This document shows, piece after piece, positions 21,031 to 30,100 of a stretch of DNA of 64,000 nucleotides (position 1 is the stretch's first letter; each line of letters begins with the position of its first letter). The notes under the pieces were generated by a model that ran no database searches, was not told the origin of the DNA, and saw only the letters and a list, made by a program, of their open reading frames with translations. Source of the DNA: Candidatus Melainabacteria bacterium 17Bon1m (GTDB lineage Bacteria; Cyanobacteriota; Vampirovibrionia; Obscuribacterales; Obscuribacteraceae); contig JAVLKG010000001.1 of assembly GCA_032128875.1 (NCBI GenBank), forward strand, positions 768,001 through 832,000, in the 5' to 3' direction. The position numbers and the translations under genes are program-made.

Positions 21031-21639
21031 TTACCGAACTTTGAACATATTAAGCAGTGGGCTATACCACTTGCGTGCTTTGAGCGTTTCAACGTCAGCT
21101 TTTGCTTCGTTGAGCAATCTTGAGAGTCTTGCGTTTTCTAACTCGTTGACGTTAGCGATGTCTTCGAGATAATCGCGCTCGACTTTCAATTTAGACAAAG
21201 CTGTCATCAAATACTTGCGCTCTGTCACTGCTGCATCGCGCTCGCATTCTTTGCTCTTAAACTCTCTAAGCTCTCGCTCCATTGCCGGCATCTTGCTGAG
21301 CTGCCAGTACTGATTGACTACAATCTGCTTGATTTGAGCATTCTCTTCGAGCGTTTCTTGTAGCTTTTGCAGTAAAGCAATTACACGACGTTGTAAATAG
21401 GCATTCTCTTCATTAGCCTTAGCGAGTATTTGCTGTTCGCGATACTTCTGGACCATTTCCAGAACTTGTCGACGAATGCGTTTTTCTCGGGCTAGTTTGG
21501 CGCGGTTGTCCTCTCCGTCTGCCACCACCTCTGATGCCCACTTGAATATGTGGTCGAGACCTTCAAGTCCGACGGCCTCCTGGTGTGCATCTGGAGCTAC
21601 AGGGAATTGTTGTACGGCGTTAGATTGCTGAATGGTCAC
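21031..21639 (-). CDS. Hypothetical coiled-coil protein
   Basis: 202 aa with heptad E/K/R/L composition; GGGGAG RBS; amphipathic C-terminus ARKWYSPLLNMFKVR. Confidence 0.75.
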   Translation of the reverse strand: MTIQQSNAVQQFPVAPDAHQEAVGLEGLDHIFKWASEVVADGEDNRAKLAREKRIRRQVLEMVQKYREQQILAKANEENAYLQRRVIALLQKLQETLEENAQIKQIVVNQYWQLSKMPAMERELREFKSKECERDAAVTERKYLMTALSKLKVERDYLEDIANVNELENARLSRLLNEAKADVETLKARKWYSPLLNMFKVR

Positions 21640-21847
21640 GTGCTCCCCCCTTTCTCGTTAATATCATACCGATAAAAGATCCGTTTGTGCAAAAGAATTT
21701 TTGCCACCATGGGTAGAGCTGCCACCGCATGTGAAACTAGGGTCATATCTGGTGGCTGATACCATATGCGGAGTGATCAGATCTTGACTACCACTTGCCT
21801 GATCTGCGCACACATTGACGCTTTTGGATGTCTTTTGAAAATAGATT

Positions 21848-22531
21848 CTAGTTATCGATCGCGTGGTGCTCTCCAGCGACAAATTCCAAAAGCCTGGCAA
21901 ATTTGTCCAGACTTTCCAAAATCGCTGAGACTTTTGCCGGGGACTTGCCTGTATCGTCTGCATCGATAATCAGCGCGCTGACTTTGTTTTCGCCTACTGT
22001 AAGACTGCACGCTCCTGATCTTTCGAAGAGTTCGATCAGGTTTCGCACTGTTTCTGGTTCCTCGAAAATGAAGCCTGCTTTTTCCTTCTGTCTTGATTCG
22101 AGTGATAGTCCGTTTGAATTCAGTAGTGCTACCGAAACAAGGTCAGTGCCTGCCTGTTGCTGTGGATCTAGTTTAAAGATCTTGAATTCGATCTCGCATT
22201 CGCATTGCACGCTGATCAGAAGATCTTCTTGCGCAGAGTTTGCGCTGTTAGCGACGCCGCTGCGAACTTGGTCTAGAGACGTCCGCTCGTGCTGATATCG
22301 GATCGTGCTTGGTCTGTCATTGATTTCACCTGCAACGATCAACGTGTGGGGATTGTCGGAAGCTAGAAGTTCCATATCAAGTTCTTCTGCGAGCTTAGAG
22401 GCCTTTGCTCGGCGAATATTTGTAGACGTTTTATAGGCGGCCGCACAAAGAACTGCGACGACAATGATGCCGCCAAATAAAAAAGTGTAGTGAATCGCGT
22501 CCACTCGTTCCAAACCAAGCTGCAAATACAT
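21848..22531 (-). CDS. Hypothetical protein with an N-terminal membrane anchor
   Basis: 227-aa ORF, TM segment FLFGGIIVVAVLCAAAY. Confidence 0.65.
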   Translation of the reverse strand: MYLQLGLERVDAIHYTFLFGGIIVVAVLCAAAYKTSTNIRRAKASKLAEELDMELLASDNPHTLIVAGEINDRPSTIRYQHERTSLDQVRSGVANSANSAQEDLLISVQCECEIEFKIFKLDPQQQAGTDLVSVALLNSNGLSLESRQKEKAGFIFEEPETVRNLIELFERSGACSLTVGENKVSALIIDADDTGKSPAKVSAILESLDKFARLLEFVAGEHHAIDN

Positions 22532-22907
22532 GTCTGACAGTATTAGGGTGGGCAGCAGGCGTCAAGCTTGCTTTTCTTATTTGGCTGAAAAAGTGTCAGG
22601 GGTGAGCTTTCGGGCTCTTCCCGGGTGGTCCGAAATTCTCTGGCTCTTCCTCAATGGCTGCTTGACAGCCGGGCTTCCCTCCTCAATCCGTTCCTTTTAT
22701 ATAGGCGTTTTATCCGCAGCCGGCTTTCGGCGGTCTTAGTGGGAGAAACCGCATCGCTGTGCGTAAGACCACCAACGACAGGCAGGGGCGGATTTTCGTA
22801 CATTAAGCGTAAGTTTGAATAGCCAGGTGCAGTGTCATCAGTTGTGCCGCAGCCCTGAAAACCAGACCCAGTCCCAAAAGACAACCGAGCGTAGCTCCAA
22901 AAGACCA

Positions 22908-23690
22908 ATGAAAACGATGAACATCACAAGCAATGCGACAACGAGAAAGGCGACGAAATGCCTCACAGCCGCTGCTTTTGCTGTCTTTGTCTCGGTTGGT
23001 TTGGCTACTGCCGCTCAAGCGCAGATTGATACTCTGCGCAATCCGACCATTCCTGGAGCCATGTACTCCTCGCCTTATACCTGCCCACCTGAAGGCTGCC
23101 CGCCTCCCCCCGGAGCCGGCTCTGCACCACCTCCTGTGACGCAAGGACATTACGGCGCGCCTGAGTCCATGCCCTGGGTGAGAAACATTCCCGCCACTCA
23201 AATTGACCAATCCAATTCATATGTAGGGCTTCCTTCGAACCAAACGTTGGCTGCTCCTTATACTCTGGGTTCGCAATTGCAAGTCCCACACCCGCCATCC
23301 ACGCCTGGCGGCGACTACGGTCAAATACCAGGACCGGCAAACTTCTACGCTCCCCCTGCCGCTCTTGTCAATATTTGCCCGCAAGGCGGAATGCCTGGAG
23401 ATCAAGCTCCAATCCAGAGATGGGGCGGACAAACAACTAGAGACCTCGGTCTTCCTAGATGCCACGGCTCGCAACTCACCGATTTCGGCGACAAGCTCAG
23501 CCAAAAACCAAATTTATGCGCACAGCCACAATCATCCCAAGATGGACCGCGCCCGCAAGGTCAAGGTCTTATGGGTGGTGGATCTGTACGCGCGTCCATT
23601 GGGGGCGCGCAAGCCGCAACCGACCTGCACGGCAATCGCACGCTGTTCAGAGGTCAAACCCGTTCACGCCTAACAATCGCTCCTTATTAA
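22908..23690 (+). CDS. Secreted Pro/Gly-rich protein, first gene of the T4SS-like cluster (paralog 1)
   Basis: Signal peptide ending AAQA; clear similarity to the next ORF; start at ATG 22908 or 22917. Confidence 0.8.
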   Translation: MKTMNITSNATTRKATKCLTAAAFAVFVSVGLATAAQAQIDTLRNPTIPGAMYSSPYTCPPEGCPPPPGAGSAPPPVTQGHYGAPESMPWVRNIPATQIDQSNSYVGLPSNQTLAAPYTLGSQLQVPHPPSTPGGDYGQIPGPANFYAPPAALVNICPQGGMPGDQAPIQRWGGQTTRDLGLPRCHGSQLTDFGDKLSQKPNLCAQPQSSQDGPRPQGQGLMGGGSVRASIGGAQAATDLHGNRTLFRGQTRSRLTIAPY

Positions 23691-23717
23691 ATGAAGGCTT
23701 TCAGGAGGCCACACGCC

Positions 23718-24689
23718 ATGCTTAATTCGAGGACATTAAAAGCAGTAATCGCAGCAGCAGCGCTGTGCTCACTGAATGTTCCTGTGTTTGCACAGGGAAC
23801 GACCACGCTACGGACACCACTCATACCGGGAGCGATTCCTTCGCCACCCTTTGTATGTCCGCCAGAAGGACAGCCGCCAGCGGTTGGTGATGGACCGACT
23901 TCTGCTCCAGTGACCCCAGGTCACTTGAACTCACCGGAACTGCTTCCGTGGGTACCGGCAATTCCTTCTAACCAAATCGACCAAGGTTCGTCCGGCGTCC
24001 CGCTTCCTTTTGGACCGCCCGTCGAAATGCCGCCTGGCGTTCTCGGACCGGCATTGACTCCTTTTATACCTAAGACACCGTCTACCCCCGGGGCTGACCC
24101 AGGGTCGATGACGGCACCGATGGGATTCATCAATCCTGCCGATCAAATGAATATCATCCCGACTGGAGGACTTCCGGGAACAGGTGGTTACAACACAACT
24201 ATCAATAAGATTCGCCGCGGCGGACAAGAAACCCACCAATGGGGTATCCGTGAAAACCAATCAGTATTAGGTGGCGGCGGACCGACCCAAGACATCATCA
24301 CTGAGTTCGGCTCCCTGGCCGGCTGGGGTATGCCATACGGCGTGCCTACCGGCAACGGATACAACAAGGGACCTGCCGGTTACAACGATAGTTTGAGAAC
24401 CAGCGCCATTGAATTGGGCGGCGGTCAGCGCTTCAAAGTTGGAGATTGCAAAATCCCAACCGGATCCACCCTTCTCGACTACGGCACATCTGCCACACGT
24501 ATGAATGGAATCGGGGCTCTCAACGCCTGGCAATCGACTGAATTCGGTCAAGGCTTCCGCCGTATGCCGCTATACAGCTCGAAAACCACTGATTTTGGCT
24601 ACCCCTACACGATCTTTGATCCAGCCAATATCAACTATCAAAAAACTGGTCAACACCAACTGCCTACAGCAATTGAGACGAATTTCTAG
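23718..24689 (+). CDS. Secreted Pro/Gly-rich protein (paralog 2)
   Basis: AGGAGG RBS before ATG 23718; signal peptide ending PVFA; shares LRxPxIPGA..CPPEG..PVTxGH..PWVxxIPxxQIDQ with the upstream gene. Confidence 0.8.
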   Translation: MLNSRTLKAVIAAAALCSLNVPVFAQGTTTLRTPLIPGAIPSPPFVCPPEGQPPAVGDGPTSAPVTPGHLNSPELLPWVPAIPSNQIDQGSSGVPLPFGPPVEMPPGVLGPALTPFIPKTPSTPGADPGSMTAPMGFINPADQMNIIPTGGLPGTGGYNTTINKIRRGGQETHQWGIRENQSVLGGGGPTQDIITEFGSLAGWGMPYGVPTGNGYNKGPAGYNDSLRTSAIELGGGQRFKVGDCKIPTGSTLLDYGTSATRMNGIGALNAWQSTEFGQGFRRMPLYSSKTTDFGYPYTIFDPANINYQKTGQHQLPTAIETNF

Positions 24690-24839
24690 CCAAAAGCTGG
24701 AAAAAGGGGGGGATCTTCCCATGATGGTGGGAAATCCCCCGATTTCAAAACCCCCGACGATTCCCTAATATGAGCACATCAGGCAACCACATGGTTTCCG
24801 AACCGCACAGTTTCCCTTCTATAAGACCGAACCAAGAAA

Positions 24840-25601
24840 ATGAAAGCAGTCGACACCACCAAACAAATCGCCAAGGAAGCAGCTACTAAGCTTGCAATTT
24901 CCTTGACCGTTGTTTCGGTAGTCGCGCTTTCAACCTCGCCAGTAATGGCTCAAGGTTTGCAAGGCGGTCAAATGGAACAGCTCTCTCAAATGAGCGGACT
25001 GGGCGCAGACCAAGAATCACTTCTGCCACCGGAAGTGGTGCCAATGGATTCGCAAGCAGCTCAACAGCTCTCGCAATCCCAAGCACAAGCAAGACAGATG
25101 GGTGGCTACGATGCAGTTCAACCGGGTGCCACGCCGATGAACGCTCGCAACAACAGACAAGATGCATTCAACGCTCTTATGGGCCGCGAAGATCTCAGTC
25201 AACAAATGAATCCGGCACAATTCCAGCCGATGAACGGAGCACAAATGGACCAGTACGCACCTGGTCAGCTCCTGCCCCAAGCTCAAAACCAAGCCGGTCA
25301 ACAGTTCAACCAACAACTAGCTCAACAACAACAGCAAATGGGCGTAACCGCCTGGCAGCAACCAGGACAAAACGGAAATTCCTTCCCAGCCCAAAATCAA
25401 ACGCTCGCCGGAAAAGTCAAAAAAGCACCTGTTAAAGGTCTCGCACGAACCGGCTTAGCTCACACTCTTACCGGCTTAGCCGCCTTCGGCGCCGGCGCCT
25501 ACACCATGTCCTTGATGAGAAGCCCCGCGATGCTCTACTCCGGCGGAATGATGGGATTCGGACTCGGCAATTACGCACTACGCAACGGTTTCAGGTTTTA
25601 A
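24840..25601 (+). CDS. Secreted Gln-rich protein with Gly-rich hydrophobic C-terminal helices
   Basis: Signal peptide ending PVMA; Q/M-rich middle; C-terminal LTGLAAFGAGAYTM...GGMMGFGLGNYAL. Confidence 0.8.
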   Translation: MKAVDTTKQIAKEAATKLAISLTVVSVVALSTSPVMAQGLQGGQMEQLSQMSGLGADQESLLPPEVVPMDSQAAQQLSQSQAQARQMGGYDAVQPGATPMNARNNRQDAFNALMGREDLSQQMNPAQFQPMNGAQMDQYAPGQLLPQAQNQAGQQFNQQLAQQQQQMGVTAWQQPGQNGNSFPAQNQTLAGKVKKAPVKGLARTGLAHTLTGLAAFGAGAYTMSLMRSPAMLYSGGMMGFGLGNYALRNGFRF

Positions 25602-25616
25602 ACCAAGGTGATTACG

Positions 25617-26321
25617 ATGAACGCCAAATTCGCAATACTCTCAACCACGATCGCAATCATCGCCGCTTCGAGCACGGTACTGCCAGCTCAAGCTCAGCAC
25701 AGAGATCGCGGAGCAAGATTTGATTTCGCTCCTCAGATTTACAAACTCGAAGAATCAAAAGTTCCTCCAGGTTACGGCGCACCGCCGCCTAGTAATCATT
25801 CTGTTAAGCACGCCAGCATGCCCTCGAGAAGTTCCCTGCTCGGAATCGATCCAGCAATGCTTGCAGCTGCCCGTCCAGTACAACGCGGTCCCCGCGTAGC
25901 ACCGATTGCAGCAACGACAGTAGCTGCTTCGCCGAGCTGGACAAATGCGGTTCCGTTCTTGAATCCATTCGCTCCAGTAGCGAACAAGGGTCAATTCGGT
26001 CAACCACTCAACCCGAATGTTCCGCCTGTAGTGGCTTCATTGCCTCCGCAAGCGAGCAAAGCCCAACCGAGGACGATTGCTCCGTCTTCAAACACCAGCC
26101 TCTCGGGCAAAATCAACCCCCGACGCTCATCTACTGCAGTTGCCGCTCGTCGCGTACCGCGTGCGAACGCCTTGGCTGCAAAACAAGGAGCTCCTATCCA
26201 GAGCTACGGCAACAATTTCGGCTACACAGCCGGTTCGACAGCCCCAGTGGGCAGCGGTGCTAGCACCAGCGTAACCGGAAATGTATATGGTCGAGTCCTG
26301 TACAAATCAACAAAGCATTAA
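25617..26321 (+). CDS. Secreted Pro/Ala/Ser-rich hypothetical protein
   Basis: Signal peptide ending PAQA; co-oriented and tightly packed in the operon. Confidence 0.78.
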   Translation: MNAKFAILSTTIAIIAASSTVLPAQAQHRDRGARFDFAPQIYKLEESKVPPGYGAPPPSNHSVKHASMPSRSSLLGIDPAMLAAARPVQRGPRVAPIAATTVAASPSWTNAVPFLNPFAPVANKGQFGQPLNPNVPPVVASLPPQASKAQPRTIAPSSNTSLSGKINPRRSSTAVAARRVPRANALAAKQGAPIQSYGNNFGYTAGSTAPVGSGASTSVTGNVYGRVLYKSTKH

Positions 26322-26378
26322 TTCAGACGCCACGGTCAACACAACATCTCAACGAAAAACCTAATGGAGGGTAATTCA

Positions 26379-26810
26379 ATGGCAACCACTATCAAATCAC
26401 TGGCGAAGAAAGTAGCTTCTTCCCGTCACTTCAAAGTTGCCTCACGCGTGGGCTTCCTCCTGGCTCCTCAACTGGTCCTTATGGCTATTGGTGTATATGA
26501 CCAAGCAGCTCATGCACAAGGCTTGGTTGGAGCTCCGGTCGATCCCCGTTACGGGCAATCAAATGAAGTAGGTCAATTGGCAGACTTCGGTTATGACACC
26601 GCTCGCGACATCTCCCGTGTAGTTACCGCACTTTCAACAGTTCCTTCCTCGATGGCTGGAATGAAGATCGCCTTCGGTCAACGTGACGGTGGTGAATCCG
26701 CGATGAACGTAGCCAAAGGTCTGGGCATCGGATTCGGCGGACCGACAGCGGTTCACTTGATCGGTACCTTCGCTATCAACAACTTCGGCGGTCTCGGCGG
26801 CGGTCTCTAA
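26379..26810 (+). CDS. Putative VirB2/TrbC-like pilin
   Basis: GGAGG RBS; long basic leader ending AAHA; short mature part with two Gly/Ala-rich moderately hydrophobic helices separated by a charged loop (KIAFGQRDGGE); lies upstream of VirB6/B3/B4-like genes. Confidence 0.55.
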   Translation: MATTIKSLAKKVASSRHFKVASRVGFLLAPQLVLMAIGVYDQAAHAQGLVGAPVDPRYGQSNEVGQLADFGYDTARDISRVVTALSTVPSSMAGMKIAFGQRDGGESAMNVAKGLGIGFGGPTAVHLIGTFAINNFGGLGGGL

Positions 26811-26982
26811 AGAGAACCTGCAACCAAGAGATTCACCAAAAAGTTGAATCGCAAAGTCCACAACTAGAAAAAACTAGATAGGAAAAACTATAGAGAATTC
26901 GGCATTGCTCGCCGGACTTCTCCTGGACAGAAATTGAACCGACGAAATCACGATTTGTCGGAATCATCTGAAAGGTCTGAAG

Positions 26983-27011
26983 GGCCGGTATCGCCAAGAT
27001 ACCGGCCTTTT
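26983..27011 (+). terminator. Intrinsic terminator after the pilin-like gene
   Basis: GGCCGGTATC-GCCAA-GATACCGGCC-TTTT. Confidence 0.8.
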
Positions 27012-27136
27012 GTCCCGGATGGGAATTTCCCCAATGACAGGGTCTTGCAATATTCATATTATTTGTCCATAGCCAGGGAGGCACCACCCACGCCGAACTG
27101 AGCCATGGTTCTAAATTCAAAACAGAGACTCACCCC

Positions 27137-30100
27137 GTGAACAAAGGCAACAAACTCCGAAAACGAACAATAAAGGCGCTCTTCGCGTTATTCATGACGC
27201 TGACGCCTATGTTTGTGTTTGTAGGTTCGGCACTTGCCCAAACCAGAGAGCCCACGCTTTCCGACAGTCTTCCTGTCGATCCAGGCGTCGGCAATCTTTC
27301 GCAAGGCGCCCAACAAACTCAAAACACCGTCCCGAGTGCATATGCTGATGCACCCGGCGAAGTGCCTCTCGTTTACACGGCTGCGACAAACAACACAACT
27401 GGCGTCATTCAGAATGTCACCAACACTCTTCTGGGCACTGGCGAACTCGGCTACATCAACGATACCTACATGGGTATCAAGAGATTCTGGGGCGATGACA
27501 TCATCGGCAACTTGTTCCAGAACATCGGTCAATTACTTGGTAAGTGGATTTCAGAGTGGATCAACGGCTGGGTAGCCGACACGGTCCGCTTCCTTACTGC
27601 ATTTCTGCGTACCTTTGTTTTGAACCCGAACATCGCCGTCAACGGTATTCAGAACGGTCCTGGTGCTGGACAAGCTGACGACATCTCTCCCTACATCCGC
27701 GCCGCTGCTGACGTGATGTACGGTATCGCTGTCGACTTGCTCCTCCTGCTCTTCATTCTCTGCATTTGGAAATTCTGGGCAGAAGCCTCCTGGCGCGGTG
27801 GCGGCGGACTCATGGGTTCTGTCGGTCGCTTGATTTTTACAGCAGGTCTCTTGCTGGCTTGGCCAACTATTTATGCCTTCATCATTCAAATCACGAATGA
27901 AATGATTCAGGCAATCTACTTCAACTCTGCAGACGACATCATGCGTCTGGACGCTGCCATGGCTTCCGCAGTTAAAGGCGGTTTGATGGCAGGCGCCGGA
28001 CTTCTCGCCCATGCGTTCGCTCCGATCGTTGGCGGTGCTGCCGGCGGTTTGGCACTCGGCTTGGTTGGTGAAATCGTCGCTTTTGCCGGTCTCGTAATTT
28101 ACTTGATCATCGGCGGCATCTTAATTGCGCAGCTCATCTACATCTTGGTTTTGAAAGCAATTCAAACCGCGCTGCTCACTGCACAATATATGTTTGGTCC
28201 CATCTTCCTGGTGTTCTTCGCAACACCTGACACGGAAAACGTGGCCACTGGTTATGTTAAGTCCTTCGTTGAAGTCAGCCTCTGGACATTCGTCTGGGTC
28301 GGCTTGTTGAAGATCATGGTCATCATCCTCTTCTCCGACTTCAACCCCTGGGGCAAGATCATTATGGCGATCGGCGTTCTGCAGCTGATGATTCAGGTGC
28401 CGTCGTTCCTCGCTCGTGCTCAAATCAGCCCGATGTCCGATTTCGTTTCAGCCGGTTTGATCACCGGTGGATTGCTCGGCATGGGCAAGGCGCTCGCCAA
28501 CAAGGGCGGCGACCTAATGGACAGATTCTCCAAATGGCGCGGTAGTTTGCAAGACGGCGGCGCTCGTGGTCCGCAACAAACTCAATCCGTCAAGATGAAC
28601 GGCTTGCCGCATGCTCCGCAAGATCCGGAAGCATTCAACAAGATTCAAAACGCAGCCAAAGGCGATTTGAACAACGGCAACAAGCCTGGCGACAAAACAA
28701 AGACAGAGAATCCAAACGGTCAAAACCTCAAGCCTCTTACAGAAGCTGACAGAAAGAAACAAGAAGAGGAAGAGAAGAAGAAACGCGAAGCTCTGAAGAA
28801 TGGCAACGGTATGCCTGAGCAAGCCAAAGCCGTAACCGGCGCTGATGGCACCACTACTGCAGTTCCACCTAAGAAAGGCGATCTGGCAGAAGGACTGAAA
28901 GACGGTCTCAAGGGTGGTTTGGCAGCAGCAGGTGTTGGCGCAGTTTTGGCTGGTGCACAAGCTTCCGACGCACAAAAGAAAAATCAAACCGGCACCACCG
29001 CTTCCGAGCAAGCTGCCAAAGATCGTGCTAACGAGATGGCTGCAATGTTCGGTCTGGATACCAGCGGACAAGGTCAACAAGCTGGTCAGCAAGCTCAAAA
29101 GCCGATGACCGAGAAAGAAAAAGAAGATGCTGAAAAGGCTAAGGCTGCAGCAGCTCTCGGTGTCAAAGATTCCAAACTGCAAGTTCAAGACAAGACAAAG
29201 ACCGACGGAAAAACCAAAACCGACGAGAAGAAAAACGAAAACGCAGTTCCTGTCCTTCCGCCGGCAAGTGGTCTTCCTGGCGCCAAGAAAGGTGAAGGCG
29301 TAGTTCCTCCTTTGAATGCAGTCGGCGCTGACGGCAGACCGCTCAAGGTCACCGAAAAAGGCGACGGCACCGGCACTGACAAAGGCGTCAACCAAGTTGA
29401 AGCCGAGCAAAAGAATGAAACTGAAACCGCTGGTCTCAACGCACAAAGAGATACCAACCTGCGCGTCAATCAAACCGACGACAAGAAAGGTGTCGCTGGT
29501 AAGACTGGTGAGCCGAAGCTGACCACCGATGCCAAAGATTTGACTGGCAAGAACGCCGCTCAAGGAAGAAACGGCGTAGGTCCGGTTGTTCCTCCGCTCA
29601 CACCGCCTAAGGGTGATGCTGCAGGTACCGGTGCAAACCAAGGTCAAAACCTCAACAACGGCAAAACCACTGAAACTCTTCAAGGCGGACCAGAACAGGG
29701 AGCAACCGGCACGCAAGAGCACGAACAAATTGTCTCTCTCGGTCAAGGCGTCAACGGACAAGGCATCAACCTTCGCGTTACCCAAACACCGATCAACGCT
29801 GGTGGACGTACCCCTGTAAATCAACAAACCGCTCAAGTTGTTCCGCCCAGCAGACAAGCTGGAACCATGGGACAACAAACCGCTTCGCCTATTTCCGGCG
29901 CAGCTGCCAACCTCGGACAAACCACTGCGGCGGCTGCCACCATGGGCAACCCGGACGTCACCACCATGAACGTTCCGGAGGCACTGCAAGATATCGCAGG
30001 TCCCGGTAAGGTTGACCCCTTCACCGCATTCGACCACTCCGGATACGGCGGTGTTGCTCCGAACATCATGGCTAAGTTGATCCGTACTTACGACGGCGTA

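Noticed and set aside
21640-21847. Possible riboswitch or ncRNA in the intergenic hairpins
   Set aside because: Only short imperfect stems; no recognisable Rfam-type consensus
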